A DNA stretch of 63,428 bases, counting the filler, from Folioceros fuciformis (lineage: Eukaryota): assembly GCA_049999805.1 (NCBI GenBank). It is 12 parts of 12 records of this genome, joined end to end, with 100 filler letters (N's around TTAATTAATTAA, not from the genome) between each part and the next. Parts side by side here need not be neighbours in the genome. Positions count along the whole stretch, not along the records: positions 7,671 to 15,209 come from JBNGIO010004997.1; positions 15,310 to 27,753 come from JBNGIO010004998.1; 10 more parts are not named here. One strand, given 5' to 3'. The notes under the pieces were generated by a model that was not told the DNA's origin, searched no databases, and worked only from the letters and a program-made list of their open reading frames with translations. The first letter of the stretch is position 1; each line of letters opens with the position of its first letter. Positions 12,271 through 24,659 of this stretch are shown piece after piece. The translations under genes and the position numbers were made by a program.

Positions 12271-12815
12271 TAGGTTGTGGAGCAAGACCATGAAGATGGC
12301 CATCTAGGAGGGGAAGGGGCACCACGCAGGCGCCACCTAGGCGCCATGTGAGAACCACTTGGGTGCCACATCAGCGCCATGTGGGCGCCACCTAGGTGCC
12401 ATGTGAGCACAACGGTGCCACCTAGGCACCACCTAGGCACCACTTGGGCGCCACTGGGCACCACGCAGGCGCCACTTGGGCTCCACGCAGGTGCCACCTA
12501 GGCGCCACCGGGCACCACGTGGGCGCCCGTGACGCGTGAAACGAGCGTGCCAGTGAAGCGAGGACCCGATTGGCGAGCGCCGGAAAGTGAACGAATCGCA
12601 GACGCCGGGAGCGAGAGTGTGGGCGCCGTATTGACCCCGGCTGAGGAAGTCAGGATCTCGATCAGACGTAGGAGGACAATCCTGTTATGAGCGACAGAGG
12701 CCCAAGTTGTGGACATACGATTCGGAAGAAGTTGTGAGGGTAACCTGTAGAATCTACATTTCATTTCGACTAATTTCAAACTAGCCTTTTGGTTGATTCA
12801 GATCGATTTTGAAGC

Positions 12816-15209
12816 ATGACGTCCTCAGAAAACGTCATGTTCAATATCGAGAAGTTAGATGGTACTAACTTCCCGTTCTGGAAAGAACAAGTGTATAATG
12901 TTCTAGTACAGAAGAAGCAGATCAAGCCCATCAAGCTGCTAGGAGTGAAACCTGTTAGCATGACTCAGGATGAGTGGCAGAATCTAGATGAGCTTGCTAG
13001 GTCTACCATCATGCTAACAGTGTCAAAGTCGGTCTACTTCAACGTGAAAGACAAGACCACAAGTTTCGAGCTATGGCAGAAGTTGTGTGACTTGTATGAG
13101 AAGCAAAGTGCGGCTTCTCAGTTGTACTGGTTGAAACAGCTAGTAGACTTGAAGATGAAGGAAGGGACGAGGATGTCTGATTATCTGAACGAGTTCAATA
13201 CCATTTTCAGCCAGCTCTCATGTCAAGGTATCTCGTTCCCACATTCCGTGAGAGCTATGTTTTTGTTGGTCACATTACCAGAGAGCTGGGACATGTTTCG
13301 TACAGCTCTGAGTAATTCCGCTCCTGCCAGTGGTCTTACCGTTGTAAATGTAGAAGGTAGCCTGTTAACAGAGGAGGTGAACAGGAAGAATATGGAACCT
13401 TCGAAAGGTTCTAATGCCCTCATGGTGAGAGGAAGGTCCACTTCAAAGGGGAAGTACAAGGAGCGAAGTTCTTCCCGTAGCAAATCTCGTAGTCGTAACA
13501 ATGTTGAGTGTTACCATTGTCACAAGAAGGGTCACATCAGAAGGGACTCCGAGAAGTTCAAGAAGGAAAAAGGCAAGGAGAAGAAGCAGAGCGACAACAA
13601 GGCAGATTCGAGTATCGAGCGTGATGAGGTGAACTCTGTTGACGATGAAGATGTTCTTATCTCTTCTTCTTTTGGTTCTGCACAACTGACAGCCATGGAG
13701 AGTCACTTATTCTCTAATTGGATAATTGACTCTGGAGCATCTTTCCATGTTACTCCGCATAGGGAGTGGTTCAGCACTTATGATGCTACTAGGAAAGGAT
13801 GTGTTCAGCTTGGAAATAACTACGCATGCGAGATAGCAGGCGTTGGTGATGTGCAGTTCAAGTTCGACAACGGATCTTCATTCACACTAAAGGATGTCAG
13901 GCATGTTCCGAAGTTGACCAAAAGCATGATTAGCGCAGGGCAGTTGGATGACGCTGGCTACCACTGTTGGTTTGGAGATCGTTCTTGGAAGATCTCCAAA
14001 GGTTCTCTTGTAATAGCTCGTGGATCGAAGTGTGGCACTTTGTACTCCCTTCAGGTAACCACTGTCAAGGATCATGTGATTTGTGTAGCGGAACAACCAA
14101 GTGTTTCCTTGTGGCATAGTCGATTAGGACATATGTCTCAGAAATGAATGAAGATCTTATCTCGTTTTGGTTACGTCCCTGCTCTTGACTTCTCCGATTT
14201 CTCCGTGTGTGAGCACTGTTTGTATGGAAAACAGACGAAGTCACCACATGGAGCAAGAGGTAAACACAAAAGTAAACCTCTTGAATTGGTTCACAGTGAC
14301 ATTTGTGGACCTATGCCCACTGTGTCGTTAGGCGGTGCATCTTATTTTGTCACTTTCATTGATGACTTCTCACGCAAGGTGTGGGTTTATCCTTTGAGGA
14401 AAAAGGATGATGTTCTGACAGTGTTTCAGAAATTCGTCACCCTTGTGGAGAATCAGTCTGGCCTCCTGCTGAAGTGTCTAAGGACAGACAATGGGGGAGA
14501 GTATGTCTCGAAGGCTTTCCAGTCATTCTGTGATTCCAAGGGAATCAAGAGAGAATTGACTGCACCGTATACTCCTCCCCAGAATGGTGTTGCTCAGCGG
14601 ATGAACAGGACCATCCAGGAGAGGATGCGTAGTTTGTTCTCAAACTCTGGATTGCCTAACGGATTTTGGGCAGAAGCGGTGGTTACGGCAGTGCATCTTA
14701 TTAACAGATCTCCTAATAGGGCTGTGGATGAACAAGTTCCACAGGAGATGTGGTCTGGAAAGAAGCCGTCATACAAACATCTACGAGTGTTTGGCTGTGA
14801 GGCATACTACCATGTTCCGAAGGAGTTTCGCGACAAGTTGGCTCCTAAGTCAAGAAAATGTATTTTTCTTGGCTATGGTGAATCTGGTGAGATGGGATAC
14901 CGTCTGTGGGATCCAGAAGCCAAGAGGATGGTTCGCAGCGATGATGTGTTCTTCAATGAGACCAAGATGCACAAGAAGCCTACTCCAACTGTGGAGGTGC
15001 GACGGGTGGTCTTCCAAGAAGATGGACTTGACCGTCCCGCGCAGGCTGAACATCGTGATGTGCAGGAACAAGTTCCTCCACTTGTAGACGAGGAGAGAGT
15101 GCAACCAGCTCCGGTCGAGGCGCCAGTGCTTCGTAGGTCAGGAAGGATCTCACGTCCTCCTGACAGGTATGTTGCATCTCTTGATTATGTCATGCTGACG
15201 GATTGTGGG
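12816..15209 (+). mobile_element. Young Ty1/copia gag-protease-integrase, one nonsense codon at 14145-14147, runs into gap
   Basis: IEKLDGTNFPFWK gag start, CYHCHKKGHIRRD knuckle, WIIDSGASFH, and integrase LRTDNGGEY and PQNGVA. The TGA aligns with GGA in the paralogue near 8074. Confidence 0.96.
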
Positions 15210-15309
15210 NNNNNNNNNNNNNNNNNNNNNNNNNNNNNNNNNNNNNNNNNNNNTTAATTAATTAANNNNNNNNNNNNNNNNNNNNNNNNNNNNNNNNNNN
15301 NNNNNNNNN

Positions 15310-15725
15310 AGACCTAGTTTTGACCCCAACCTAAACCAAGCCTAACTCTAACCTACCCCTGCACCTAATTGCCCGTTACCCCCTTGGACACCACTGTTTC
15401 CCTCTATCCAAAATTATGAGCCTCTCACGACTAGCAAAAATCAGGAGTGCTTCTCAACACCCTCCCCTCCTCTCTCGGATCAGATCATTCCTTCCCCTCA
15501 GATCATCCTGCACCCTTCAGAGACCTCCATCTCCAGGTCCCTACCCCCATTCTGCTGGCCAAGACCCATGACCCGGCAAAGCTACCCATCTAGCGCCCCT
15601 GAATGAGCACCTTGCAAGCTTGGCACTGGAGATAACATCCCACCATTCCTGTCAACATAACCATCATTGGGCTTCCCACCCATTAGCAGCACGTCTGTAC
15701 TAATTGAATGTGTACGCCTGTACAC
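15310..15725 (-). mobile_element. Partial LTR-like repeat homologous to about 23870-24205
   Basis: Shared blocks ACCTAAACCAAGCCTAAC, CCCCTGAATGAGCACCTTG and CAACATAACCATCA. Confidence 0.65.
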
Positions 15726-16289
15726 ATTCTTCTGGCAACCTACGCCTCCGACCCTTGTCCAAGCCACCGTAACCCCCTTGCTCGAAGCCAGACTCAAGCC
15801 GGAGCCAGAGTCGAGCTGTTTTTATCCCTTCGCCTAGTTCACTCTTCAGTCTCTCCTCTGCTGCCTGTTGCAATGACCTCGCCCTCTCGTCAGCTTCCCG
15901 TTGCTCCTTAATAATCTCCTCCTCTCGTCAGCTTCCCGTTGCTCCTTAATAATCTCCTTCTGTAGAAGGTATGCGGCTTCGGCCTTCATCAGCTCCTTTG
16001 CATGAGCATCTTTCAGTTCGGGCGCATGCTCTTCCCTTAACTTCTGCAGAGATCTATCAACGCACAGATAACTGTCTCAACTTGCTTCTGTGCAGCTGCC
16101 TTTCCTTCCTGTGCTCGTTGAAGGAGAAACTCTTTAGAGAGAACCCCTCGCCCATGTAACTCTTAAAGCCACCTTCACTTTGGTTTTCCAGGATGTTCTT
16201 CCACAACCCCCCGGTTTGCAATGGAAGTAGACTCCTCCTCATGATCCTACCCCTCGGGGACTTCAGCCTGATGTTGCACCGATTCGCCA

Positions 16290-17700
16290 CTCCCCGATCC
16301 GTCTGGGCAATTGGACCGTCCCCGCTTGCTTCCTGCCTACCTAGACCCAGTCGGGTCCCGCCAACCTAGTTTCCACCCTGACTAGGCTGCTTGCATGCTA
16401 GCCATGATCTAGCCAGGATTTCCCCCCGGCCCCAGATTGGATCCCCCCGGCTGGCCTGGATTGAGGCCACACACCAGCCTCGTGGGTTTCCGGATCCAGC
16501 CCTGCCACCAGCCTACGCCTGGCTGGTTTCCCCCAAGGCCGCCTAGCTTGTGCAGCCTACCGATCCGGTCAGGCTCCCGGTGCCAGCTACCAGCCTTCCC
16601 ATTCCTACTGCCCGAGATCCGGCCATTGGCCTTGCCGACCAACCCGTCCAGGTCCACCCCTGGCCTGGTTGGCCGGGACCCTAACTGTCGCCCACCACCC
16701 TGGCCGACTAGGCCATCTGCTTGACTAGGCCACCTCCCCAGCCGCCATGGCCCGACTTGGCTGATCCCTCCTTAGCCAGCCATCAGCCGGTCAGCCACAA
16801 CTCGCTCTCGGCCTACTGCCAGCTGGATCTACCTCCGGCGACCACAGGCTGCCTGAGCGGATCCACCCCGACCCTCTCAGCCCCAGCAATCTGGCCAGGC
16901 TTAGATTCTCCACCAACCAGCCAGTCTGCTAGACTGATCCTGGCAATTCTCCACCAACCAGCCAGTCTGCTAGACTGATCCTGGCACCCGCTTGCTCGGA
17001 GCACCGGTCACCTGGAGGCCAGTGCTCCCCTCTAATCCCTGCCTGACCAAATCCGGCCCCAGCCATCTAGAGACCTTCCTCCCACACAGTTAGAGACCTT
17101 CCTCCCACACAGTTAGAGACCTTCCTCCCACACAGTTAGAGACCTTCCTCCCACACAGTCAGCCTTCTGCTCCAGGCCGCCTGTACTGAGGCCACACACC
17201 GGCCTCTTGCCCTCCGGATCTAGCGAGGCAGTGTGCCTGGTTGCTTGGTTCCTACAGCTATGGTTGCTTGGTTCCTGCAGCTAGTCACTGCCCGGCTGGG
17301 AAGCCGCCTTGTTGCCTGATCGATCTTGCCCACCATCTGACTACCTACTAGCCTGCTATTGACCCGCCCACTAGGCTGCCTTCGATCTAGCCAACGCCTG
17401 CTTGGACGAATCCACCTGTAAGGTGGCTGTCAGCCGGCTTGCCATTCCGGCAGAGGATCCGGCCGGATCCTTCCCCTGTAGCCACAACTTAGCTAGCCCG
17501 CCGACTGGCCACGGTCCAGCCAGTCGGCCTGGCTGCCTAAATTCTCCATTCCTCGGCCTGCCTGGATCCCAACCAGCTCCTGGAGCCCACCAATCTAGTC
17601 TCTACCCCGCCCAGCTCCTGGAGCCCACCAATCTAGTCTCTACCCAGCCCACCTGGCCTGGACCCGGCTTCGGACGGATTCATTCAATGTGACCACCTGG
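16290..17700. repeat. C-rich GC mosaic repeat containing a 4 x 23-bp tandem at 17068-17159
   Basis: Tandem unit TAGAGACCTTCCTCCCACACAGT; motif vocabulary is complementary to 1-1211. Confidence 0.65.
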
Positions 17701-17731
17701 CCTGGACCCGGCTTCGGACGGATTCATTCAA

Positions 17732-18080
17732 TGTGACCCAGAATCCGTCTGAAGGATGGATTCCGTCAATATGTGACCCAGAATCNNNNNNNNNNNNNNN
17801 NNNNNNNNNNNNNNNNNNNNNNNNNNNNNNNNNNNNNNNNNNNNNNNNNNNNNNNNNNNNNNNNNNNNNNNNNNNNNNNNNNNNNGATTCCGTCAATATG
17901 TGACCCAAAATCCGTCCGAAGGATGGATTCCGTCAATATGTGACCCAAAATCCGTCCGAAGGATGGATTCCCTCAATATGTGACTCAAAATCCGTCCGAA
18001 GGATGGATTCCCTCAATATGTGACCCAAAATCCGTCCGAAGGATGGATTCCGTCAATATATGACCCAGAATCCGTCCGGG
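17732..18080. repeat. 40-bp tandem array of hairpin-forming units (spans an N gap)
   Basis: Unit TGACCCAAAATCCGTCCGAAGGATGGATTCCGTCAATATG at 17901, 17941, 17981 and 18021, with further copies around 17733 and 18061. Confidence 0.92.
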
Positions 18081-19767
18081 ATGGGGAAGCTAGCGAACAT
18101 GGAGGATTTTTCCGGGGCTGGGAACCAGTTGAGCGGGGAATTCCCGCAGGACTTGGGAATTCCCGCAGGTGGGAGAATGGTAGAACCTGATGTNNNNNNN
18201 NNNNNNNNNNNNNNNNNNNNNNNNNNNNNNNNNNNNNNNNNNNNNNNNNNNNNNNNNNNNNNNNNNNNNNNNNNNNNNNNNNNNNNNNNNNNNAACCTGT
18301 TGAGTGGGCCCTTCCCGCCGACCTTCGGCGCCAGCAACCCGTTAAAGGACTTCGAGATAGCATCCAACAACTTCTCCGGGCCCGTGCCCTAGGCCGCATG
18401 CAACGACGGCCAGCTGAGCACCTTTGACATCCAGTCCAACGCCTTCTCCGAGCCCTTCCTGGCCTCCTATGCCAACTGCAGCTCCCTTTATTGCCTCCGC
18501 ATCGACAACAACTACATAAGCGCCAGCTTCCCCAAGGACAACTACATAAGCGCCAGCTTCCCCAAGGAGCTCTAGGGTAGCCCTAGACTGGACTTCATCG
18601 ACCTGTCCAACAATCTCTTGAACGGCAACATCCCGCTGGAAGCAGGTGCCTCCCCGAGTCGCACCATGATGCTGATCACGCTGGAAGCAGGTGCCTCCCC
18701 GAGTCGCACCATGATGCTGATCAGCAACAACCGCTTCTCCGGCCCAATCCCTCAAGAGCTGGGCAATCTGTCGCTTCAACGCCTCATAGTTGCGCTTCAA
18801 CGCCTCTTCGGCGCCATCCCGCTGAGTCTCGGCAACCTCTAGGTGCTCGGAGATCTCTTCCTTCAATCCAACCACCTCTCCGGCACCATCCTATCCGAGC
18901 TGGGAAACTGCTCGAGTCTGGTGCAGCTCGACCTCTCCAGCAATCTACTCTTCGGCTCCATCCCGCCATCTCTCGCCGACATCTCCAGTCTCTCCCGCCT
19001 CGATCTCTCCGACACCAAACTATCTGACGCCATCCCCCCCGGATTCCGCAGTACCTACAGCTCCTCCTTCAACGTCTCCAACAACGACTTATCGGGCCTG
19101 ATCCCGCCGGCCTTCGATACCAGCGGCTATGGCGACTCCTTCCTCAACAACCCGGGCCGATGCGGCCCGGGCGTCTGACCTTGCCCGACCACGGCCCCAG
19201 CCCCCCCGGCACGCCGGTCCTGGGCCTGGCCTTGGGTGACCCTAGCGGCGGTCGTGGTAGGCTTGGCTCTCGCCACAACAAGATGCTGCTTGGCCTGGAG
19301 GCGCCTCCTGCGAGCTCGGGAGGTCGCGGAAGACGATGGCCAGTGGTCCTTCAAGTCGTTTCAGGACCTGTGGTTCCAACCCAAGAAGGTCCTGTCGGGC
19401 CTCGGCGCTGCGCGCCGGATCGAACCCGGCGCGTCCAAGCGGGTATACAAAGTGGAGATTCGAGACGGGACGACTGTGGCGGCAAAGCTGCTCCCAAGCC
19501 AACAGGGCCGCAATCGAAGAAGCACGCAGACCACGGGTTCGAGGCCGAGGTTCAGACGCTTGGCTGGAGCACCTGGCACCAGCACATCGTGAAGCTCCTG
19601 TGCAGTGGGCCTCCAATGACTGGAACCTGCTGGTGTTCGAATACATGCAGCACGGGAGCCTGGGCAACCTCCTCCACTCACCATCGGTAGGCGAGGAGCT
19701 GGACTAGCACAGCTAGTTCCGCGTCGCAGTAGGCGTAGCCAATGCGCTGGCGTACCTCCACCATGAC
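18081..19767 (+). pseudogene. LRR receptor-like kinase pseudogene (LRR-XI, HAESA/BAM/CLV1-like), truncated at YLHHD
   Basis: Plant LRRs (NNFSGPVP, NNRFSGPIPQELGNL, LDLSSNLLFGSIP), FLNNPGRCG cap, TM segment, WSFKSFQDLWF juxtamembrane motif, and kinase pieces DHGFEAEVQTLG, NLLVFEYMQHGSLG and ALAYLHHD; stops and frameshifts. Confidence 0.9.
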
Positions 19768-20399
19768 ACATCAATTCTGGGTCACAGATGGATTCTGGGT
19801 CGTTACCAAGATGATTTTAACACATGAAGATCCCCCTCAAGATCCCCCAGTAGGGTTACGAGGAGGTCACATACGTAGGCCAAGTAGAAGACTTGGGAAG
19901 CATATAGATACATTATTCATTTAAGACATTTCTATTCTAACATATAGATTTGATTTAACACGCCAAAAACAGCTTCCCTCCCAAACGAGGACTCTGATTC
20001 ACAGAAACCTATACGTCCTCAATCGCAACTAGGATACACTACTACTTGAAAATAACGAAAACTTGTTAGACGTTTAGATAAAAGTATTAAGTACAAATTG
20101 GAATGATAACTTTTGTATGTAGCGGCATGCAAGTTTCGCTTTCCACTTGCCATTTATGTGACTTTGGTATTGTGCGACGGTCTACCGGCACACTTTACCA
20201 AAGTGTGCGCAGGTCTACCGGCACACTTCCGCTTGTTTTAGGCCGGTTGACAGGCGGTCGATCCTGCAACCCTTTCTGGAAAATGCAAACAAATATTGAC
20301 GGGTGATAATTTTCAAGAATAGGGTCAATTGATATGAGGTATAGCTCAAACACGCAGGACCTTACATGGAATCAGATAACCCCTGAATTACGTGATACT

Positions 20400-21338
20400 T
20401 GAAGGATCCCTTGAGGAGCCCCATGGTGAAGGAGGAGAGAAGAAAGAGAGGACACACTCTCACAAATGTCTCACATTGCAAGGGAGCTCAAGGGGGTCTA
20501 TATACCCTCTAGAAGATCCCCCTAGGAAGCTTCACAAGAAGCGCACTGGAAGCTCCGCAAGAAGCTTCCTATATATTAGCTTAAGCTAATCTAAACTAAT
20601 GATGCTTAATTAGACACTAATCTTAGACTAAACACATTGGTATAAGCACATTGGGCTTTAATAACCCTACAACCTCCCTCTTAAAGGCCAATTTACCTTC
20701 ATAGGAGAGTGGTCTACCTTATGCCCATGAGTGTCTGAGCTTGTTCGAATTACTCCGAATCGAGTCCCTTGGTAAGAACATCTACAGGGTTCTGATTGGT
20801 GTGAACTTTGACAAGCTGTACCCTCTTGTCTTCCAACACCTCTCGAATGAAGTGATACTTCACTTCCACATGTCTGGTCTTCGCATGAAACACTGGATTC
20901 TTCCCAAATGGGATAGCACTCTAGCTATCACAATGCAAAACTAGTAGCTCAACCTTGATCCCCAAATCTCCCACTAAACGAGAAAGCTACATGGCTTCCT
21001 AGCACGCCTCAGTTGCTACAACATACTTGGCCTCTATAGTAGATAGCATTTTGCACGATTACAAACAAGATCGCCATGAGACTGCACCTCCAGTGCGCAT
21101 GAAGACATAACATGATGTGGACCTCCTTTTGTCCATATTCCCTACATAATCAGCATTCATATATTCCACTACAGATGCATCTTCACTACCAAAACATAAG
21201 CACAAGGCTTTTGTACCATTCAAGTACCTCATAACTCCTTTCACTACCTCCCAATGCTTCCTCCCAGGGTTTGACATAAACCTGCTAACCACTCCCATTG
21301 CAAAGGCAATGTCAGGACGCGTAGCAATCATTGCATAC
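20400..21338 (-). mobile_element. Copia 3' end: RNase H remnant, PPT (20672-20681) and 3' LTR (20400-20671); same family as 7719-15209
   Basis: Minus strand reads YAMIATRPDIAF...RRSTS, then AGAGGGAGGT-TGTAGGGTTATTAAAGCCCAA, matching the LTR start at 11976. Confidence 0.92.
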
Positions 21339-22960
21339 CCGACCCAGCAGCCGACAACCCAGCAGATTGGGCTGTAGGCAGCCAACAACGGCAGGGGATG
21401 GCGTGCGGCCAGGTAGCGAGCAGAGTCATCAGGGGCCGTGGCCGTGGAAAATGCAAAGTAGGCCTTTGGCAGGTGGCCGGATCTAGGCAAGCAAGGGGTT
21501 GCGCATCCAGGTTGGAGTAAGCGAATCGAACCCAGACAGGCCATGGCGGTTGAGCAGGGGGTCGAGTCACAGCGATCTTGCGATCTGCTGGCCGAGACGG
21601 AGCCAGGTAGGGGCTGGCTGGCAGGCACGTCCTCCTTGCTAGTCGGATCTAGCTAGCCCAAAGCTAGCCAAGCAGCGCTTGTTGCAGCCTATAGGTGAAT
21701 CTGCTGGCTAGCTGCCTGGCCAGATCCAAGAGGGTAGGCTGGCCTGGCAGGCGGCCTGGAGGGTGGTTGGGCCAGCGGCGGCCCGACTGTGTGACCAGTG
21801 GGGATGGCCGGCTGGATGCGGCTGCGGGCGGCCGAACTAGTCGTGACTGCAGGCACGCAACCAGCAGGCAGCCTAGTAGCGGCCTAGCTGGTGAGAAGCA
21901 GGCTGGCTGGCAAGAGGCCGGTAGGCGATCCTATTGGCGGATTCGACTAGGCAGCCGCCTAGTGCTGGCCGGCTGGCTGGAGGAGATCCTAGCCGGCAGG
22001 GCGAGGAGCAGGGGGTGCTGCCAAAGCAGGTACCCACTTGGCGGCTGGCGGCTGGCTTAGTGGGATCTGGGGCCAGCCAAGCGGGCTACAGGCAGGTAGT
22101 CGGGTAGGCCAAACGGGTGGCTACCCTGCAAGGGTCGAAGACAGGGCACCCCAGGCCCGATGGGCAGCCTACGATGGAGACCAGACTGGCGGGATCGCCA
22201 GATGACGGCAGCTGGCAGCAGTGGCTAAGGCGGCTAGCCAGCGGGCTTAGGTGGCCCCCTGGCTGGAACAGGTGGCAGGCGGCCGGTAGCAGGCAAGGCT
22301 GGGGGGACGATGGATCTTGCAGCCAGGCCGACTAGCTAGACCATGGGCAGTCGGCGGGCTAGCTGGATCATCGCCAAAGCAGCTGGGCTGCAGGTAGGCG
22401 CGGCCACCGGGCCAGCTGCGGAGGAGGCTGGAGTGGACTTAGGTAGGATCCGGGCTGGATCCAAGTAGGCGGCGGGGCTAGACCTGGACCAGGACCAGGC
22501 GGGGTGCAGGCGAATCTTGGTAGGTAGGAGGCAAGCTAGGCGGTCCAGTCATCTAGGCGGACCAGAGGTGGGCGTTGGCCATATTGCTAGGCAGCCAACG
22601 GGCGGACCAGTAGCAGGCTAGTGGGCAGTCAGATGGTAGGCAGGTCCGGTGCTGGCTGGATCACGGTTGGTAGATCAGTTGGGGGGGCAGGAAGCTGCTC
22701 TTGCGACCCTGGTGGAAGCTTTGGTGGAATCAGGGGCCAAAGCCGGGCCGAGGTCCTGGCTGGATCCAGCGGGCAAGGTGGCCGTGGGGCAAAAGGGGGG
22801 AAGACGGATCGCCAGGTGGGTGCAGGCAAGCACCTAGGACTGGCTGCAGGTGACGGGATCCGGTAGGGGCAGGCTGGCCAGTCAACTCTGGTTGCCTCGT
22901 TAGCTGGACAGCTTAGGAAGGCAGGCCGGCTGGCTACAAGATCCCAAATAGGCTGGTGTG
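21338..22960. repeat. G-rich GC mosaic repeat
   Basis: Same motif vocabulary as 1-1211; abrupt junction with the copia fragment. Confidence 0.6.
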
Positions 22961-23049
22961 GAGTGATTTCTTGCACCCAAGAATCACCCAAGGGCCACAC
23001 ATCCCCTTATTGTCGTTGTAGTCTTATGGTTCGCTCCCAAGGGAGTGAA

Positions 23050-24205
23050 CTAGCGCCAAGGAATACTACTTATCACACTTCTACCTATCAGCCGGTCTAT
23101 AGGCCTGACCATACACACAACAAAAAGGGCTAGAACCCTAGCCTGTTCCCAAATTAGCTCACACAACTCACACTCCTGATCTTCAGTCCTTCAACTCTTC
23201 AAGATTCCCACTTTAGTCCCTTCCTCTTCACTTCAGCTCTTTAAGATTCCCACTTTAGTCCCTTCCTCTTCACTTCAGCTCTTCAAGATTCCCACTTTAG
23301 TCCCTTCCTCTTCACTTCAGCTCTTCAAGATTCCCACTTTAGTCCCTTCCTCTTCACTTCAGCTATTCCCTGGAGATTGGGACACAATGGCTTCACTCCT
23401 TGCAACCTTCAAGCATAGTGTGGATACTAGGATTGGATAGCCCTCCAAGCTCATGGTCCTGTCCCTTCACTTCAGCCAACCTGCGATTCATTCAGCCCTT
23501 TGCGGATCCGGCCACACGGATCTTGACCGATCTTGGGATCTCCACGTTCCCCTAGTGGCAAGGGGAATCAAGACCTTGGTTCAGTCTCAACCGGCTCAAC
23601 GCCCTATGCCAGGAAAACTACACACAAGGACCAGGGACATCGCACCATAGACCCCCCTCCTCAATAGAAGGTCAGGCCCCTTATACTACCCTGGCCCAGG
23701 AACCTCCATTTCTGTCTACTAGGGTTAGCCTTAGTCCACTACCAATAGTCTCTCTCTCCGACCTAAGCCTATCCCTAATTCTGACCTAAGCCACCCTTAA
23801 CTCTGACCTAAACCTATCTCTAACCTAAACCTAACTATGACCTAATCCTTAATCCACCCTATTCCTAACCCCGACCTAAACCAAGCCTAACGCTAACCTC
23901 ATCCTAACCCTAATTGCCCGCTACCTCTTGGACACTAGTTGCTCCTACCAACAATCACCAGTGCCTCTCAAAAATGCCCTTCACTCCCTCGGACCCCTTG
24001 GATCATCTTGTAACCCTTCAGAGACCCCCTTCGCCTTCAGGTCCCTCACTCCACTCTGTTGGCCAAGACCCCTAACCCGGAAAAACTACCCCTCTAGTGC
24101 CCCTGAATGAGCACCTTGTAGGCTTGGCCTCGGAAGCGACAACCCACCATCTCTGCCAACATAACCATCACTGGGTTTCCCACCCACTGGAGCACGCCTG
24201 TACTA
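23050..24205 (-). mobile_element. Probable gypsy-type 5' LTR with PBS-like TGGCGCTAG
   Basis: TGGCGCTAG on the minus strand at 23050-23058; TATAA on the minus strand near 23681; homology to 15310-15725; no clean CA terminus seen. Confidence 0.45.
23195..23362. repeat. 4 x 42-bp tandem repeat
   Basis: Unit CTCTTCAAGATTCCCACTTTAGTCCCTTCCTCTTCACTTCAG. Confidence 0.95.
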
Positions 24206-24659
24206 AGGGCTTTCTACCTTCAAACAACCAGGCGTGCTGCTTGCGGATGGCAAGTCGAATGCCACTTATGTCTTCTGGTTGGGGTGGTATCCCCCAGCTT
24301 CGTCTGCACTCATTCTCCTGGCAGCCCACTTGGTGATTTTGAGTGTATCAAAGTGACAACACTCTTGCCTGGAACCATCATCTGGTAGTAGATGAGGCAC
24401 ACCCTCTCTACGAGGGCACCTGGGACTCCACACCGGCCGCTCGGCCAGACACTTTCACTGCTGCTCATTCTCTAGACCCAGAAAGTACCCCTGCAATGCA
24501 CGTTGCCCAGAGCAGTGGTTGAAGACGCTCCTCTCCGATGCATATGATTCCCCCCTCCGATTGCACACGTCGCTACCATGGCCCGTATTCTTCCCTAGGC
24601 ACTAGCCCCCGCTTTGCATTGCTCAATTCAGCACCCCTCCACAGTGTCATTGGAGCCTG

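Noticed and set aside
17886-18080. CRISPR-like palindromic repeats
   Set aside because: Head-to-tail units without unique spacers, no cas genes, eukaryotic context.
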